From contig OZ244065.1 of NCBI GenBank assembly GCA_965215505.1, forward strand, positions 2,720,001-2,784,000: DNA of 64,000 nucleotides, read 5' to 3'. The position numbers were made by a program, and so were the translations under genes. Below are positions 46,836 to 55,326 of this stretch, one piece after another. Origin of the DNA: Capsulimonadaceae bacterium (GTDB taxonomy: Bacteria > Armatimonadota > Armatimonadia > Armatimonadales > Capsulimonadaceae). Every line of letters starts with the position of its first letter. The first letter of the stretch is position 1. The notes beneath the pieces are model-generated. The model was not told the origin of the DNA. It ran no database searches and saw nothing but the letters and a program-made list of their open reading frames with translations.

Positions 46836-46914
46836 GCCCTTCGCCCTGCCGGGTATAGGGTTTTATGCCGCCCGCACATAGCGGGCGGCCCCGAACACTA
46901 GAACCGAGGCAACA

Positions 46915-47736
46915 ATGACGTACATCACGACACGCGACGGCACCAAGCTCTACACCAAGGACTGGGGGGCGGGCCGACCCGTCATCCTCCTCCACGGCTG
47001 GCCCCTCTCTGCCGATAGCTGGGACGACCAGGCCATGCCCCTCGCCGAGGCCGGCTTCCGCACCATCGCTTATGACCGGCGCGGCTTCGGGCGCTCCGAC
47101 CAGCCCTGGGACGGCTACGATTACGACACGCTCTCCGATGACCTGGCCGACGTCATCCAGGAGACCGGCGCGGCCGACGCCGCCCTCGTCGGCTTCTCCA
47201 TGGCCGGCGGCGAGGTCGCCCGCTACCTGTCCCGGCACGGCGGCAAGGGCGTCTCCCAGGCGGCCCTGATCTCCTCGGTCGTGCCCTACATGCTCCAGAC
47301 CGACGACAACCCGGACGGCGTCCCCGCCCCGATGTTCGCCCAGATGACGGCGGGCATGAAGGCCGACCGCGCCCAGTTCTTCGCGAGCTTCTTCAAGTCC
47401 TTCTACGGCGTCGGCGTCATCAAGCACCCCGTCAGCAATGAGCTGATGGAGAACTCCTGCGACGTCGCCATGACGGCCAGCCTGAAAGCCACCCTCGCCT
47501 GCGCCGCCGCCTTCGCGACCACGGACTTCCGCCCCGACCTCGCCGCCTTCACCGTCCCGACCCTGATCGTCCACGGCACCGCCGACCAGACCGTCCCCAT
47601 CGACGCCACGGGCCGCGCCGCCGCCAAGGCCATCCCCCACGCCAAGCTCCTCGAGTACGACGGTGCCCCCCACGGCCTCTTCGCCACCGAAAAGGACCGC
47701 CTCACCGCCGACCTGCTGGCATTCCTGAAGCGATAA
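46915..47736 (+). CDS. alpha/beta hydrolase (non-haem chloroperoxidase/arylesterase-like)
   Basis: HGWPLS, YDRRGFGRS, GFSMAG, HGTADQ and PHG motifs. Confidence 0.94.
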   Translation: MTYITTRDGTKLYTKDWGAGRPVILLHGWPLSADSWDDQAMPLAEAGFRTIAYDRRGFGRSDQPWDGYDYDTLSDDLADVIQETGAADAALVGFSMAGGEVARYLSRHGGKGVSQAALISSVVPYMLQTDDNPDGVPAPMFAQMTAGMKADRAQFFASFFKSFYGVGVIKHPVSNELMENSCDVAMTASLKATLACAAAFATTDFRPDLAAFTVPTLIVHGTADQTVPIDATGRAAAKAIPHAKLLEYDGAPHGLFATEKDRLTADLLAFLKR

Positions 47737-47738
47737 AA

Positions 47739-47911
47739 CCACGGGTTGAAACCCATGGCGAACGGGCGCGGGGCTGATGCCCCGCGCCCCTTTTGTCCCG
47801 GCCTGTTCCTCACGTCTCGTAGGGGCGCCGCTTGCCGCGCCCTCCTGACGGGCCGCGCCCTCCTGACGGGCGAGGGCGGGGATAAGAGGGCGCGGCAAGC
47901 GGCGCCCCTAC
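47739..47911. repeat. REP cluster
   Basis: CCACGGGTTGAAACCCATGG; inverted GTAGGGGCGCCGCTTGCCGCGCCCTC pair; internal 18-bp tandem duplication. Confidence 0.85.
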
Positions 47912-47935
47912 AATTCCGCCGCTCTCGTATCCCCC

Positions 47936-47964
47936 TTGACACCCGCCCCCCGACCTGTTAAAAT
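47936..47964 (+). promoter_or_regulatory. sigma70 promoter of the GAF-LuxR gene
   Basis: TTGACA-N17-TAAAAT. Confidence 0.75.
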
Positions 47965-48018
47965 ACCCCCAGCCCAGCGTGGGGCCTCCCTCTCTCCCGC
48001 CCATCCAGGAGACGCCCC

Positions 48019-49053
48019 ATGAGACAGCCGAAGGACAAGCCCAAGGACGCCCCGCCCCGACCGCCGACGCTCTCCCCCGCCCTCGTCCAGATCTTGGAGG
48101 AGGCCGACCGGGACATACACCGCCTGGAACCCGAGAACCCCTACCGGCTGTACGAGTTCCTCCACGCCACCGCCGCCCGCATCGCCCCCGTGGACGCCTT
48201 CTACGTCTGCCTCTACTCGGAGGCCGACAAGGCGCTCTTCTTCGCCTACAACGTGGACGGCGACATCTACGACGTACCCGTCACCCTGCCGCTCGGCAAT
48301 GGCCCCACCTCACGCGCCGTCCGGCAGGGCTGCCCCGTCGTCGTGAACAGCCACGAGGATGCGCTCCGAGTCGGCGGCATCCACTTCGGCCAGATGGAGC
48401 GCGTCAGCCGCGCCGCCGTCCACGTCCCCATCCGCGCCCAGGACGCCAAGACCGACGCCAGGACCGTCCTCGGCGTCCTCTCCGCCCACACCTACGGGCC
48501 GGACCCCTACACCCCCGAGGCCGTCGCCGCCCTCCAGCGGCTGGCCGACCGGGCGGGCGTCGCCCTGACCCGCGAGCGCGACGAGGCCGCCTGGCGCTAC
48601 CGCCTGCGCGCCGCCGATGCCCTCGAAGCCGACCGCCTCCGCCCCCTCGTGGAACAGGCCGAAGCCTTCGTCGCCATGCTCCAGCGGCTCGGCGGCCAGA
48701 TCGAGGGCCTGCGCCCCCTCCTCCCGCCCGGCGACCCGGCCCTCAGCGATGCCGTCACCGCCCTCCACCGCCACTGCTGCGAGGCCCAGACGCGCGCCAA
48801 CCAGCTCCCCCTCCGCCCCGACCTGTCCCCCCAGGCCTCCCCGTGCGCCCTGCTCGCCGCCCTCACCCCCACCGAGCGCACCATCCTTCGCTACATCGCC
48901 CAGGGCGACTCTAACCAGGCCATCGCCGCCGCCGAATGCATCAGCGGGAACACCGTCAGGTTCCACTGCAAGAACATCTTCCAGAAACTTGAAGTCACCA
49001 CCCGCACCGCCGCCGCCCACGTCTGGCTGACGTCTCCTGACGCCAACTCCTGA
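48019..49053 (+). CDS. one-component regulator: GAF domain plus C-terminal LuxR HTH
   Basis: DAFYVCLY...GPTSRAV...VPI...LGVLS GAF pattern; LTPTERTIL...NTVRFH..NIFQKLEV..R; CAGGAG RBS. Confidence 0.88.
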   Translation: MRQPKDKPKDAPPRPPTLSPALVQILEEADRDIHRLEPENPYRLYEFLHATAARIAPVDAFYVCLYSEADKALFFAYNVDGDIYDVPVTLPLGNGPTSRAVRQGCPVVVNSHEDALRVGGIHFGQMERVSRAAVHVPIRAQDAKTDARTVLGVLSAHTYGPDPYTPEAVAALQRLADRAGVALTRERDEAAWRYRLRAADALEADRLRPLVEQAEAFVAMLQRLGGQIEGLRPLLPPGDPALSDAVTALHRHCCEAQTRANQLPLRPDLSPQASPCALLAALTPTERTILRYIAQGDSNQAIAAAECISGNTVRFHCKNIFQKLEVTTRTAAAHVWLTSPDANS

Positions 49054-49055
49054 GC

Positions 49056-49128
49056 GCCCTACCCCAACGGGTAGGGCCAAAGACTACCCGTTATGGTTAT
49101 TTTCATTCTCGCTCCCTTGCTTTATAAT
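49056..49128 (+). promoter_or_regulatory. NarL/LuxR-type operator palindrome, degenerate second site and -10 box
   Basis: GCCCTACCC-CAAC-GGGTAGGGC (49056-49077); CTACCC-GTTA-TGGTTA (49084-49099); TATAAT at 49123-49128 with a poor -35. Confidence 0.65.
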
Positions 49129-49190
49129 GGAGGTGCTTGAAGCGCCATGCCTCCTTATGCCGTCAACCGGTACTGCCGGAAGGAAGAACG

Positions 49191-50579
49191 ATGAACAGAC
49201 TGATCCTCGCCCTGCTGCTCCTGTCCGCCTGCGTCTGCGGGCTGTCTCGGCCGCTCCGTGCCGACACCCCCACCCCGCTCTCGCACATGCTGTGGGTCAA
49301 CACCGACGGGCGCGTCATGCTGTGGAGCGTCAACCCCAACGGCTCGTTCAACGTCCTTGGCGGCTACGGCCCCTACTACGACGGCCCCGGCAACCTGTGG
49401 ACGCCCAAATCCATCACGGAAGGGGCCGACGGCATCACGCACATCCTGTGGGGCAACCCGGACCACCGGGCGATGTACTGGAACGTCTACGCCGACGGCT
49501 CCTTCCAGACCGTCGCCGGCTACGGCCCCTACACGGATGACACGCCGAGCCACCTGTGGGAACCCGCCCTGATGAGCGCCTTCGTCCCCGGCGGCACCAG
49601 CGGGATCGGCTTCACCGGCGCGGCGGGCGGCGACCTCTTCGGTTCCTTCCCAAATCCGACCGTCGCCGCCGGCGCTATCACCCACACCAAACTAGCCTCC
49701 GACTCGGCCTCGCTCAGTCAAGTGTCTGGGGGCCAAATCTACGTTCCTGATGCTACTCATGTCGAAATTCTGCATGATCTTATCATCAAACAAGGCACCG
49801 GGATCGGCATAGAAGGTCATGGCGGTGGAGTTGGCAATAATGGTGGTCAAGGCCGTGCGGTGGTAGATGGCGGGCCAATCGCGGGACTAGTTCTTAACTA
49901 TGCCAACGACTTCGGCAGGGTTAGCGTTCCGAGCGACCTAGCTATCGATGGCAGCTTAACTCTTGGAACCGGCGAAGTAAATGCCTCTAGCGACATTAAT
50001 ATCAGAAGAAATACCACCGTCCGGGGCATTTTAGGTGTTACAACTGGTATCAACTGTAATGGCAGCGCTGCGATAGGAACTACACTTGGCACTGGTAGCG
50101 ACATCGTTTGCGGCGGTCAGGTCAGTGCCAAATCCCTCCAAATCACCGGCGGCAGCGACCTCGCCGAGCCGTACAAGATCGCCGCCTCCGCCCAGGTCCA
50201 GCCCCTCCCCGGCATGGTCGTCTCCATTGACCCCGACCAGACCGGGCAGATGCGCGTCGCCACACGCCCCTACGACAACGCCGTCGGCGGCATCATCAGC
50301 GGCGCGGGCGGCGTCCAGCCCGGCGTCGTGCTGCGCCAGACCGGCACCGTCGCCGACGGCACCCTGCCCATCGCGAGTGTCGGGCGCGTCTGGTGCTGGT
50401 GCGACGCCGATGCGGGCGGGGCCATCACGCCCGGCGACCTGCTCACCACCTCCGCCACCCCCGGCCACGCCATGCGGGTCCGCGACCACGACAGGGCGCG
50501 CGGAGCGATTCTGGGCAAAGCCATGTCCCCGCTCAAGAGCGGCAAGGGGCTGGTACTGGTGTTGGTCACGCTGGAATAG
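49191..50579 (+). CDS. secreted tail-fibre-like protein with C-terminal intramolecular-chaperone-like (peptidase G2/IMC-type) domain
   Basis: signal peptide; two LW.N.D.R...W...GSF....GYGPY repeats; GGDL.GS.PNPT fibre motif; GSDLAE...PGMVVSID...GRV...I.PGDLLTTS..PGHAM...ILGKAM. Confidence 0.75.
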   Translation: MNRLILALLLLSACVCGLSRPLRADTPTPLSHMLWVNTDGRVMLWSVNPNGSFNVLGGYGPYYDGPGNLWTPKSITEGADGITHILWGNPDHRAMYWNVYADGSFQTVAGYGPYTDDTPSHLWEPALMSAFVPGGTSGIGFTGAAGGDLFGSFPNPTVAAGAITHTKLASDSASLSQVSGGQIYVPDATHVEILHDLIIKQGTGIGIEGHGGGVGNNGGQGRAVVDGGPIAGLVLNYANDFGRVSVPSDLAIDGSLTLGTGEVNASSDINIRRNTTVRGILGVTTGINCNGSAAIGTTLGTGSDIVCGGQVSAKSLQITGGSDLAEPYKIAASAQVQPLPGMVVSIDPDQTGQMRVATRPYDNAVGGIISGAGGVQPGVVLRQTGTVADGTLPIASVGRVWCWCDADAGGAITPGDLLTTSATPGHAMRVRDHDRARGAILGKAMSPLKSGKGLVLVLVTLE

Positions 50580-50746
50580 GACACGGGGCTGAACCCCCGT
50601 GCTGTAGAAGTGCAACTCCCCGCCTGCGCGGGCAGAAGAGGCAACCGCGTAGGGGTACGATTCATCGCGACCTCCTTCCTACACCCGCGCAGGCGGGGGA
50701 TTTCCCTTTGAAGACCTTGCACCGCTGAAAGCGAAGGCAAAGCGCT

Positions 50747-51586
50747 ATGCGATCTAATCACCAACCCAAACGGGCAGGATGCATTTTCATCTTGTCAATT
50801 ATCTGCTGGCTGTCACTGGCAAGTCAGTCTTGGGCGCTGGACAAGACTTCAACCGGCTTCTATTATCCGACAGGCTTGGCCACATGGCCTCAGACCTGCG
50901 GGATTTGGCTGGGGCGGGACGTGAACAACGGCGGTTGCTATGAGCCTGCGGGGGTTTATCACATCGGCCAAGACATGATTATTGCTCAAAATTCCGGTGT
51001 CTACGCGATCTCTGACGGGGATGTCGTAAAAATTTACACGACAGACGCAAACGACGATTACGGGCTGGGCACTGGCAATTCCGTTATCTTCGTGAAGCAC
51101 ACGCTTAAAGATGGCAGCCAATTCTTAGGCGTCTATATGCATGTGCGCCCCTCAGTTCATGAAGGCGATCATGTGACAAGCGGAAGTAGCATAGCGACTG
51201 TTGGCCCTTATCAGTATAGTGTGCCTCATTTGCATTTTGCCATTCACCCGTCGCTAACAGTCCCGACTACGGACTGGGGACGAATGCCTAATAGCGCCTG
51301 GGGTGGCGACAACAATGGCTTCGTAGACCCTATCAATTGGCTGACGACTAAGTTCCCTCCCGGCGGCAACGACACTGATATCTATGTGGGACTGAACGGC
51401 AACGATGCCAGTAGCGGTAGCACAAGCGCCCCGCTCCGAACTGTCCGGCACGCCATTGATACAGCCAACGCGACTCAGCCGGTGACAATTCATATCGCGC
51501 CAGGCACTTACAATGAGAAGGTCGGTACCAGCAAGCACATCCATTTTGTGACCTGGGGTAGTGGCATAGTGCGAATTGGAGGGTAA
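50747..51586 (+). CDS. secreted M23 metallo-endopeptidase with C-terminal DUF1565-like module
   Basis: signal peptide; HIGQD (HxxxD), YMH, PHLHF (HxH) and VDPI motifs. Confidence 0.88.
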   Translation: MRSNHQPKRAGCIFILSIICWLSLASQSWALDKTSTGFYYPTGLATWPQTCGIWLGRDVNNGGCYEPAGVYHIGQDMIIAQNSGVYAISDGDVVKIYTTDANDDYGLGTGNSVIFVKHTLKDGSQFLGVYMHVRPSVHEGDHVTSGSSIATVGPYQYSVPHLHFAIHPSLTVPTTDWGRMPNSAWGGDNNGFVDPINWLTTKFPPGGNDTDIYVGLNGNDASSGSTSAPLRTVRHAIDTANATQPVTIHIAPGTYNEKVGTSKHIHFVTWGSGIVRIGG

Positions 51587-51591
51587 CAAGA

Positions 51592-52398
51592 ATGAAAACG
51601 TACAGCAGAATGTTAGTGGATTTCTTCCGAGTTTCTAGTGTAGTCTCGGTCTGTGCGCTTTTGCTGGCTCTCGTCCCGCTACGGACAGACGCTAATGCTC
51701 AATATCAGAAGGACTATATCAGCGCCGTCCTTCCCTGGGCGCAGCAGGCTCATGCGACATTCGGCGTTCCGATTTCTGTTGCAATCGCGCAATCCGCCTA
51801 TGAGTCTGGCTGGTATCTATCCAACAAACCTAGCAACAACTTTTTCAACATCACTTATGTGGGGCCGGGATGTGACCCTTACACAACCGGGGGTTATGCC
51901 ATCAATGGGCGTGATTGGCGGGCCTATAGCAGTGGAGCAGATGCGTTCTTAGGATATGGCTACTTCCTCACCCACGATGGCTACTACACAGGTGTAAATG
52001 GCGCGAAGATAGATTGCCGCCCTGATTTAAACAATCCGCTGCAATTTCTCCATGACATTGCGTTCGACGGCTTTGACGGTGGGCCAAATGCCGACAGCAG
52101 CGTCAAGCAGGGCTACTACGACACAATCGCGAGCATTATCAGCTCTAACAATCTGACACAGTATGATGTGTCTAACAGCAGCGACACAGACATCTGGGTG
52201 GACAAAGGCTATAGCGGGGCGCAAAGCGGAACGCAGGCGAACCCATACAACACGGTCAAAGCCGCCGTGGACAAGGCCAATGCGACACAGCCGGTGACGA
52301 TCCATGTCGTGCCCGGCACCTACAGCGAGAAGGTAGGCACCAGCAAGCACATCCATTTCGTCACTAATGGCAGCGGCACGGTGCATATCGGTGGTTAG
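51592..52398 (+). CDS. secreted GH73/FlgJ-like glucosaminidase with the same C-terminal module
   Basis: signal peptide; SVAIAQSAYESGW, NNFFNI, RAYSS and NLTQYD motifs. Confidence 0.82.
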   Translation: MKTYSRMLVDFFRVSSVVSVCALLLALVPLRTDANAQYQKDYISAVLPWAQQAHATFGVPISVAIAQSAYESGWYLSNKPSNNFFNITYVGPGCDPYTTGGYAINGRDWRAYSSGADAFLGYGYFLTHDGYYTGVNGAKIDCRPDLNNPLQFLHDIAFDGFDGGPNADSSVKQGYYDTIASIISSNNLTQYDVSNSSDTDIWVDKGYSGAQSGTQANPYNTVKAAVDKANATQPVTIHVVPGTYSEKVGTSKHIHFVTNGSGTVHIGG

Positions 52399-52481
52399 GA
52401 AGAGTGCGCCGGTGAGGATTTCGTGGAAGGCGACTTCCTGGCGTTCGCCCAGGCGTCCGATCAGATGTTGGAGGGATACGG

Positions 52482-52745
52482 ATGGCTGCGATAAAGGCCG
52501 CCCCAGCGGGCGATGTTTTAAGTCGAAGCGATTTGGACGTAAGCAGTGCGGACGCGGCCGGGATCGCGGAACGGATCGGCGCGTCCGAAGAGGAAGTCCG
52601 CCATGCGCTCAACGACTCCGACGCAGTGCGGTCGGTGATGCATGAACGGCATCTGCCGGTGGATTCAGCGGTCTTCGTGCTTGTCGCGAACGCGCAGGCG
52701 CAGCGAAGAAAAGATGCCATTGTCACCGTCCCCGCCGGAGAGTGA
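52482..52745 (+). CDS. small hypothetical protein
   Basis: 87-aa ORF with GGAGG RBS; no recognised motif. Confidence 0.45.
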   Translation: MAAIKAAPAGDVLSRSDLDVSSADAAGIAERIGASEEEVRHALNDSDAVRSVMHERHLPVDSAVFVLVANAQAQRRKDAIVTVPAGE

Positions 52746-52805
52746 GACGGTTGCCCCAGCGTCTTCAAGGCACCGGATGTTTAGAGACAGGGCGCGGCAG
52801 GACAA

Positions 52806-53040
52806 GAGGGCGCGATGAGTCGCGCCCCTACAGGTTGTAGGGGCGAACCTTGTGTTCGCCCTCTGCTCCGTGCGCCCTCCCCGTCTGGCTCCCCCAGAAT
52901 TGAGGGCGGGGGGGCGATCTGGGCGCGGGGCAGATGCCCCGCGCCTTTTTCACGTCTCGCCCCACCCCCCGATTGACGGCGGGCGGGTGGTGTGTTAGAA
53001 TAGCGGCAGGGACAGAGGGCGCGGCAAGCGGCGCCCCTAC
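52806..53040. repeat. multi-REP cluster (BIME-like)
   Basis: three GTAG REP variants plus TGGCTCCCCCAGAATTGAGGGCGGGG, which also occurs at about 38972. Confidence 0.85.
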
Positions 53041-53082
53041 GATCCACTCAGAAGCCCCGGAACGCCGGGGACTCAGGCACCC

Positions 53083-54540
53083 ATGCAAAAAACACACCTG
53101 CGCGTCTTTCTGCCGTTCTCCGCCTTCCGGCCGCTCTCCGCCCTCCTCCTATTCTTGACCCTCCTGCTCGGCCTCCCCCCGGCGCGCGCTGTGGAGACGG
53201 ACCTGACCGTCCATGACCCGTCCACGGTCGTCAAGAGCGGCGGGACGTACTGGGTCTATGGGACGGGGCGGGGCCTGCCGCAGTTCTCCTCGCCCGACCG
53301 CCAACACTGGACCTTCCAGGGACCGGTCTTTGCTGCCGCGCCCGCCTGGGTGGCGGACGATGTCCCCGCCAACCGGGGCAACAACGTCTGGGCACCGGAT
53401 GTTCACTTCTTTGGCGGCCTGTGGCACCTCTACTACACCTATTCCAGCTTCGGCAGCAAGGTGTCGGGCATCGGCGTCGCGACCAACCCCTCTCTGGACC
53501 CGAAGACCTGGGCCGACCAGGGGCTTGTCGTCCGCACGGGCCGGGACACCAACTACAACGCCATTGACCCCTGCATCTTCCTGGACGCATCCGGCAAACC
53601 GTGGCTGTCCTTCGGCTCCTACTTCAGCGGCATCAAGATGGTCGCGATCGACCCCGCGACCGGCAAGCAGGCATCGGGCGACACCACGGTCTACAACCTC
53701 GCCACCCGGCCCAACACGCCGCCGAACGCGATCGAGGCGTCCTGCGTGTATTTTCACGCGGGGTACTACTACTTGTTCCTGGATTGGGACGCCTGCTGCG
53801 CCGGGCCGCGCAGCACCTACAACATCCGCGTGGGCCGGTCCAAGGCCGTCACCGGACCGTATCTGGACAAGGCGGGAAAGGACATGCAGGCGGGCGGCGG
53901 GACTTTGTTCCTCGGTTCGGTCGGCGACAACGGCTCCGGCCGGCCCATTGACGACGAGGTCGGGCCAGGCCACGCGGGCATCCTGGAGGATGGGGGCAGT
54001 ACCTACGTTTCCTACCATGAGGAGTTCACCCGCGACAAGGGGCGGTCAACCCTGTACGTCAATAAGCTGGCCTGGGAAACGGACGGCTGGCCGCGCGTGG
54101 TCCTCGACCCCGGCCCATACCGGCTGGTCTCGTTCCTCGCCACTCACCCCGTCGCCCAGCCCGTGACCGGAGCGGCGGGAAAACCCGTCGCCGTGCAGAC
54201 CGGCCTCCCGACCGGCAGCCTGGGCGAGCGATGGACGTTGAGCTATCTCGGCGACGGCTTTTATCGCTTGGTCAGCGCCGCAAGCGGCAAGGCGCTGGCC
54301 GTCGCGGGGGACGCGGCCAAGCCCGGCGCGGCGGTCCAGCTCGCGCCCGTCGCGCCCCGCGCCGGCCAGCAGTGGTATCTCCAGCAGAACGACGACGGGA
54401 CCTGGACGCTGCTGTCCAAGAGCAGCGGCAAGGCCGCCGCCCTGGACGTCAGCGGCTGCTCGCTGAACGACGGCACGCCGCTGGAGCAGTGGACCGCGAA
54501 CGGCCTGGACTGCCAGAAGTGGTCCTTCCGGGCGCAGTGA
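53083..54540 (+). CDS. secreted GH43 endo-arabinanase-like enzyme with ricin-B/CBM13 domain
   Basis: HDPS, WAPD, NAIDP, AIEA and GPGH motifs; C-terminal QxW repeats. Confidence 0.93.
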   Translation: MQKTHLRVFLPFSAFRPLSALLLFLTLLLGLPPARAVETDLTVHDPSTVVKSGGTYWVYGTGRGLPQFSSPDRQHWTFQGPVFAAAPAWVADDVPANRGNNVWAPDVHFFGGLWHLYYTYSSFGSKVSGIGVATNPSLDPKTWADQGLVVRTGRDTNYNAIDPCIFLDASGKPWLSFGSYFSGIKMVAIDPATGKQASGDTTVYNLATRPNTPPNAIEASCVYFHAGYYYLFLDWDACCAGPRSTYNIRVGRSKAVTGPYLDKAGKDMQAGGGTLFLGSVGDNGSGRPIDDEVGPGHAGILEDGGSTYVSYHEEFTRDKGRSTLYVNKLAWETDGWPRVVLDPGPYRLVSFLATHPVAQPVTGAAGKPVAVQTGLPTGSLGERWTLSYLGDGFYRLVSAASGKALAVAGDAAKPGAAVQLAPVAPRAGQQWYLQQNDDGTWTLLSKSSGKAAALDVSGCSLNDGTPLEQWTANGLDCQKWSFRAQ

Positions 54541-54548
54541 CGGCCCGC

Positions 54549-54577
54549 TTGACAGGCCCCGGCTTCTCTGCTACACT
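54549..54577 (+). promoter_or_regulatory. sigma70 promoter
   Basis: TTGACA-N17-TACACT with TG extension. Confidence 0.75.
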
Positions 54578-54619
54578 GTGCCCATTCGTTCGCCAACGCC
54601 CGCCACAAGGAGAAGCCTC

Positions 54620-55318
54620 ATGAAACGACTCGTCCCCGCCCTGTTCGCCGCCTCCGTCGGCCTCGGCCTGCTTTCTGCGCCGGCCGCCCGTGCCGAGGAC
54701 AAGCCCGCCGCCGTCATCTACACGCCCACCACAACGACCGTCGCCATCCTGCCCGTCATCAAGAAAGAGGACGCCACGGACGGTAAGGCAAAGGCCGACG
54801 CCAAGGACGCCCCGAAAGACGCCCCGCTCCTGGAGCGCCACGTCGTGAAGGCCCGCGAGGAGTTGGCGACCCTGTTCACCGCCCACGGCTTCCGGGTGGC
54901 CGACGACGACGCCGTCCAGAAGGCCATCGCCGACGGCAAGATAGACCTGACCGACGAGGAGAACCAGCGCCGGGCCGTCTTCTACCAGATCGGCAAGGCG
55001 GCCCACGCGGACCTCGTCGTCTTCGTGATCATCGAGAGCGTCTCGCGCCACAACAAGAGCAACTCCATCCTCGGCCAGCAGAAGGAAGGCAAAGCCCTCC
55101 TGAAGCTGTGGCTCGTGGACGCCGACCGCGAGCAGCCCCTGCTGAACGCCGTCCAGCACGAGGGCAAGGCCGCCTCCAACGCCTTCATGGACAACCAGAT
55201 CGGCGCGGACACCAACGGCTACAGCCGCTACACCATCCGCGCCGTCGGGCACGGCATTGACGACATCCTGAAGGACTTCTTCAAGCCCTACCCGGAAGCG
55301 GGGAAGGCGGGCAAATAG
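54620..55318 (+). CDS. secreted hypothetical protein (possible CsgG/TolB-N-like fold)
   Basis: AAGGAG RBS; signal peptide; TVAILP...IGKAAHADLVVF pattern. Confidence 0.75.
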   Translation: MKRLVPALFAASVGLGLLSAPAARAEDKPAAVIYTPTTTTVAILPVIKKEDATDGKAKADAKDAPKDAPLLERHVVKAREELATLFTAHGFRVADDDAVQKAIADGKIDLTDEENQRRAVFYQIGKAAHADLVVFVIIESVSRHNKSNSILGQQKEGKALLKLWLVDADREQPLLNAVQHEGKAASNAFMDNQIGADTNGYSRYTIRAVGHGIDDILKDFFKPYPEAGKAGK

Positions 55319-55326
55319 GAACCTCC

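Noticed and set aside
51371-52398. Diversity-generating retroelement TR/VR pair in the duplicated C-termini
   Set aside because: Differences are not adenine-specific, both copies are coding, and no reverse transcriptase is in the window
52414-52494. Short frame EDFVEGDFLAFAQASDQMLEGYGWLR overlapping the 52482 ORF
   Set aside because: May be a gene remnant but has no supportable start or recognisable homology
50580-52790. Integron cassette array or prophage for the AT-richer genes
   Set aside because: No attC-like RYYYAAC...GTTRRRY sites, integrase or phage structural genes; the proteins carry Sec signal peptides
52790-53045. CRISPR-like appearance of clustered repeats
   Set aside because: Repeats vary in sequence, orientation and spacing, recur singly elsewhere, and no cas genes are present; these are REPs
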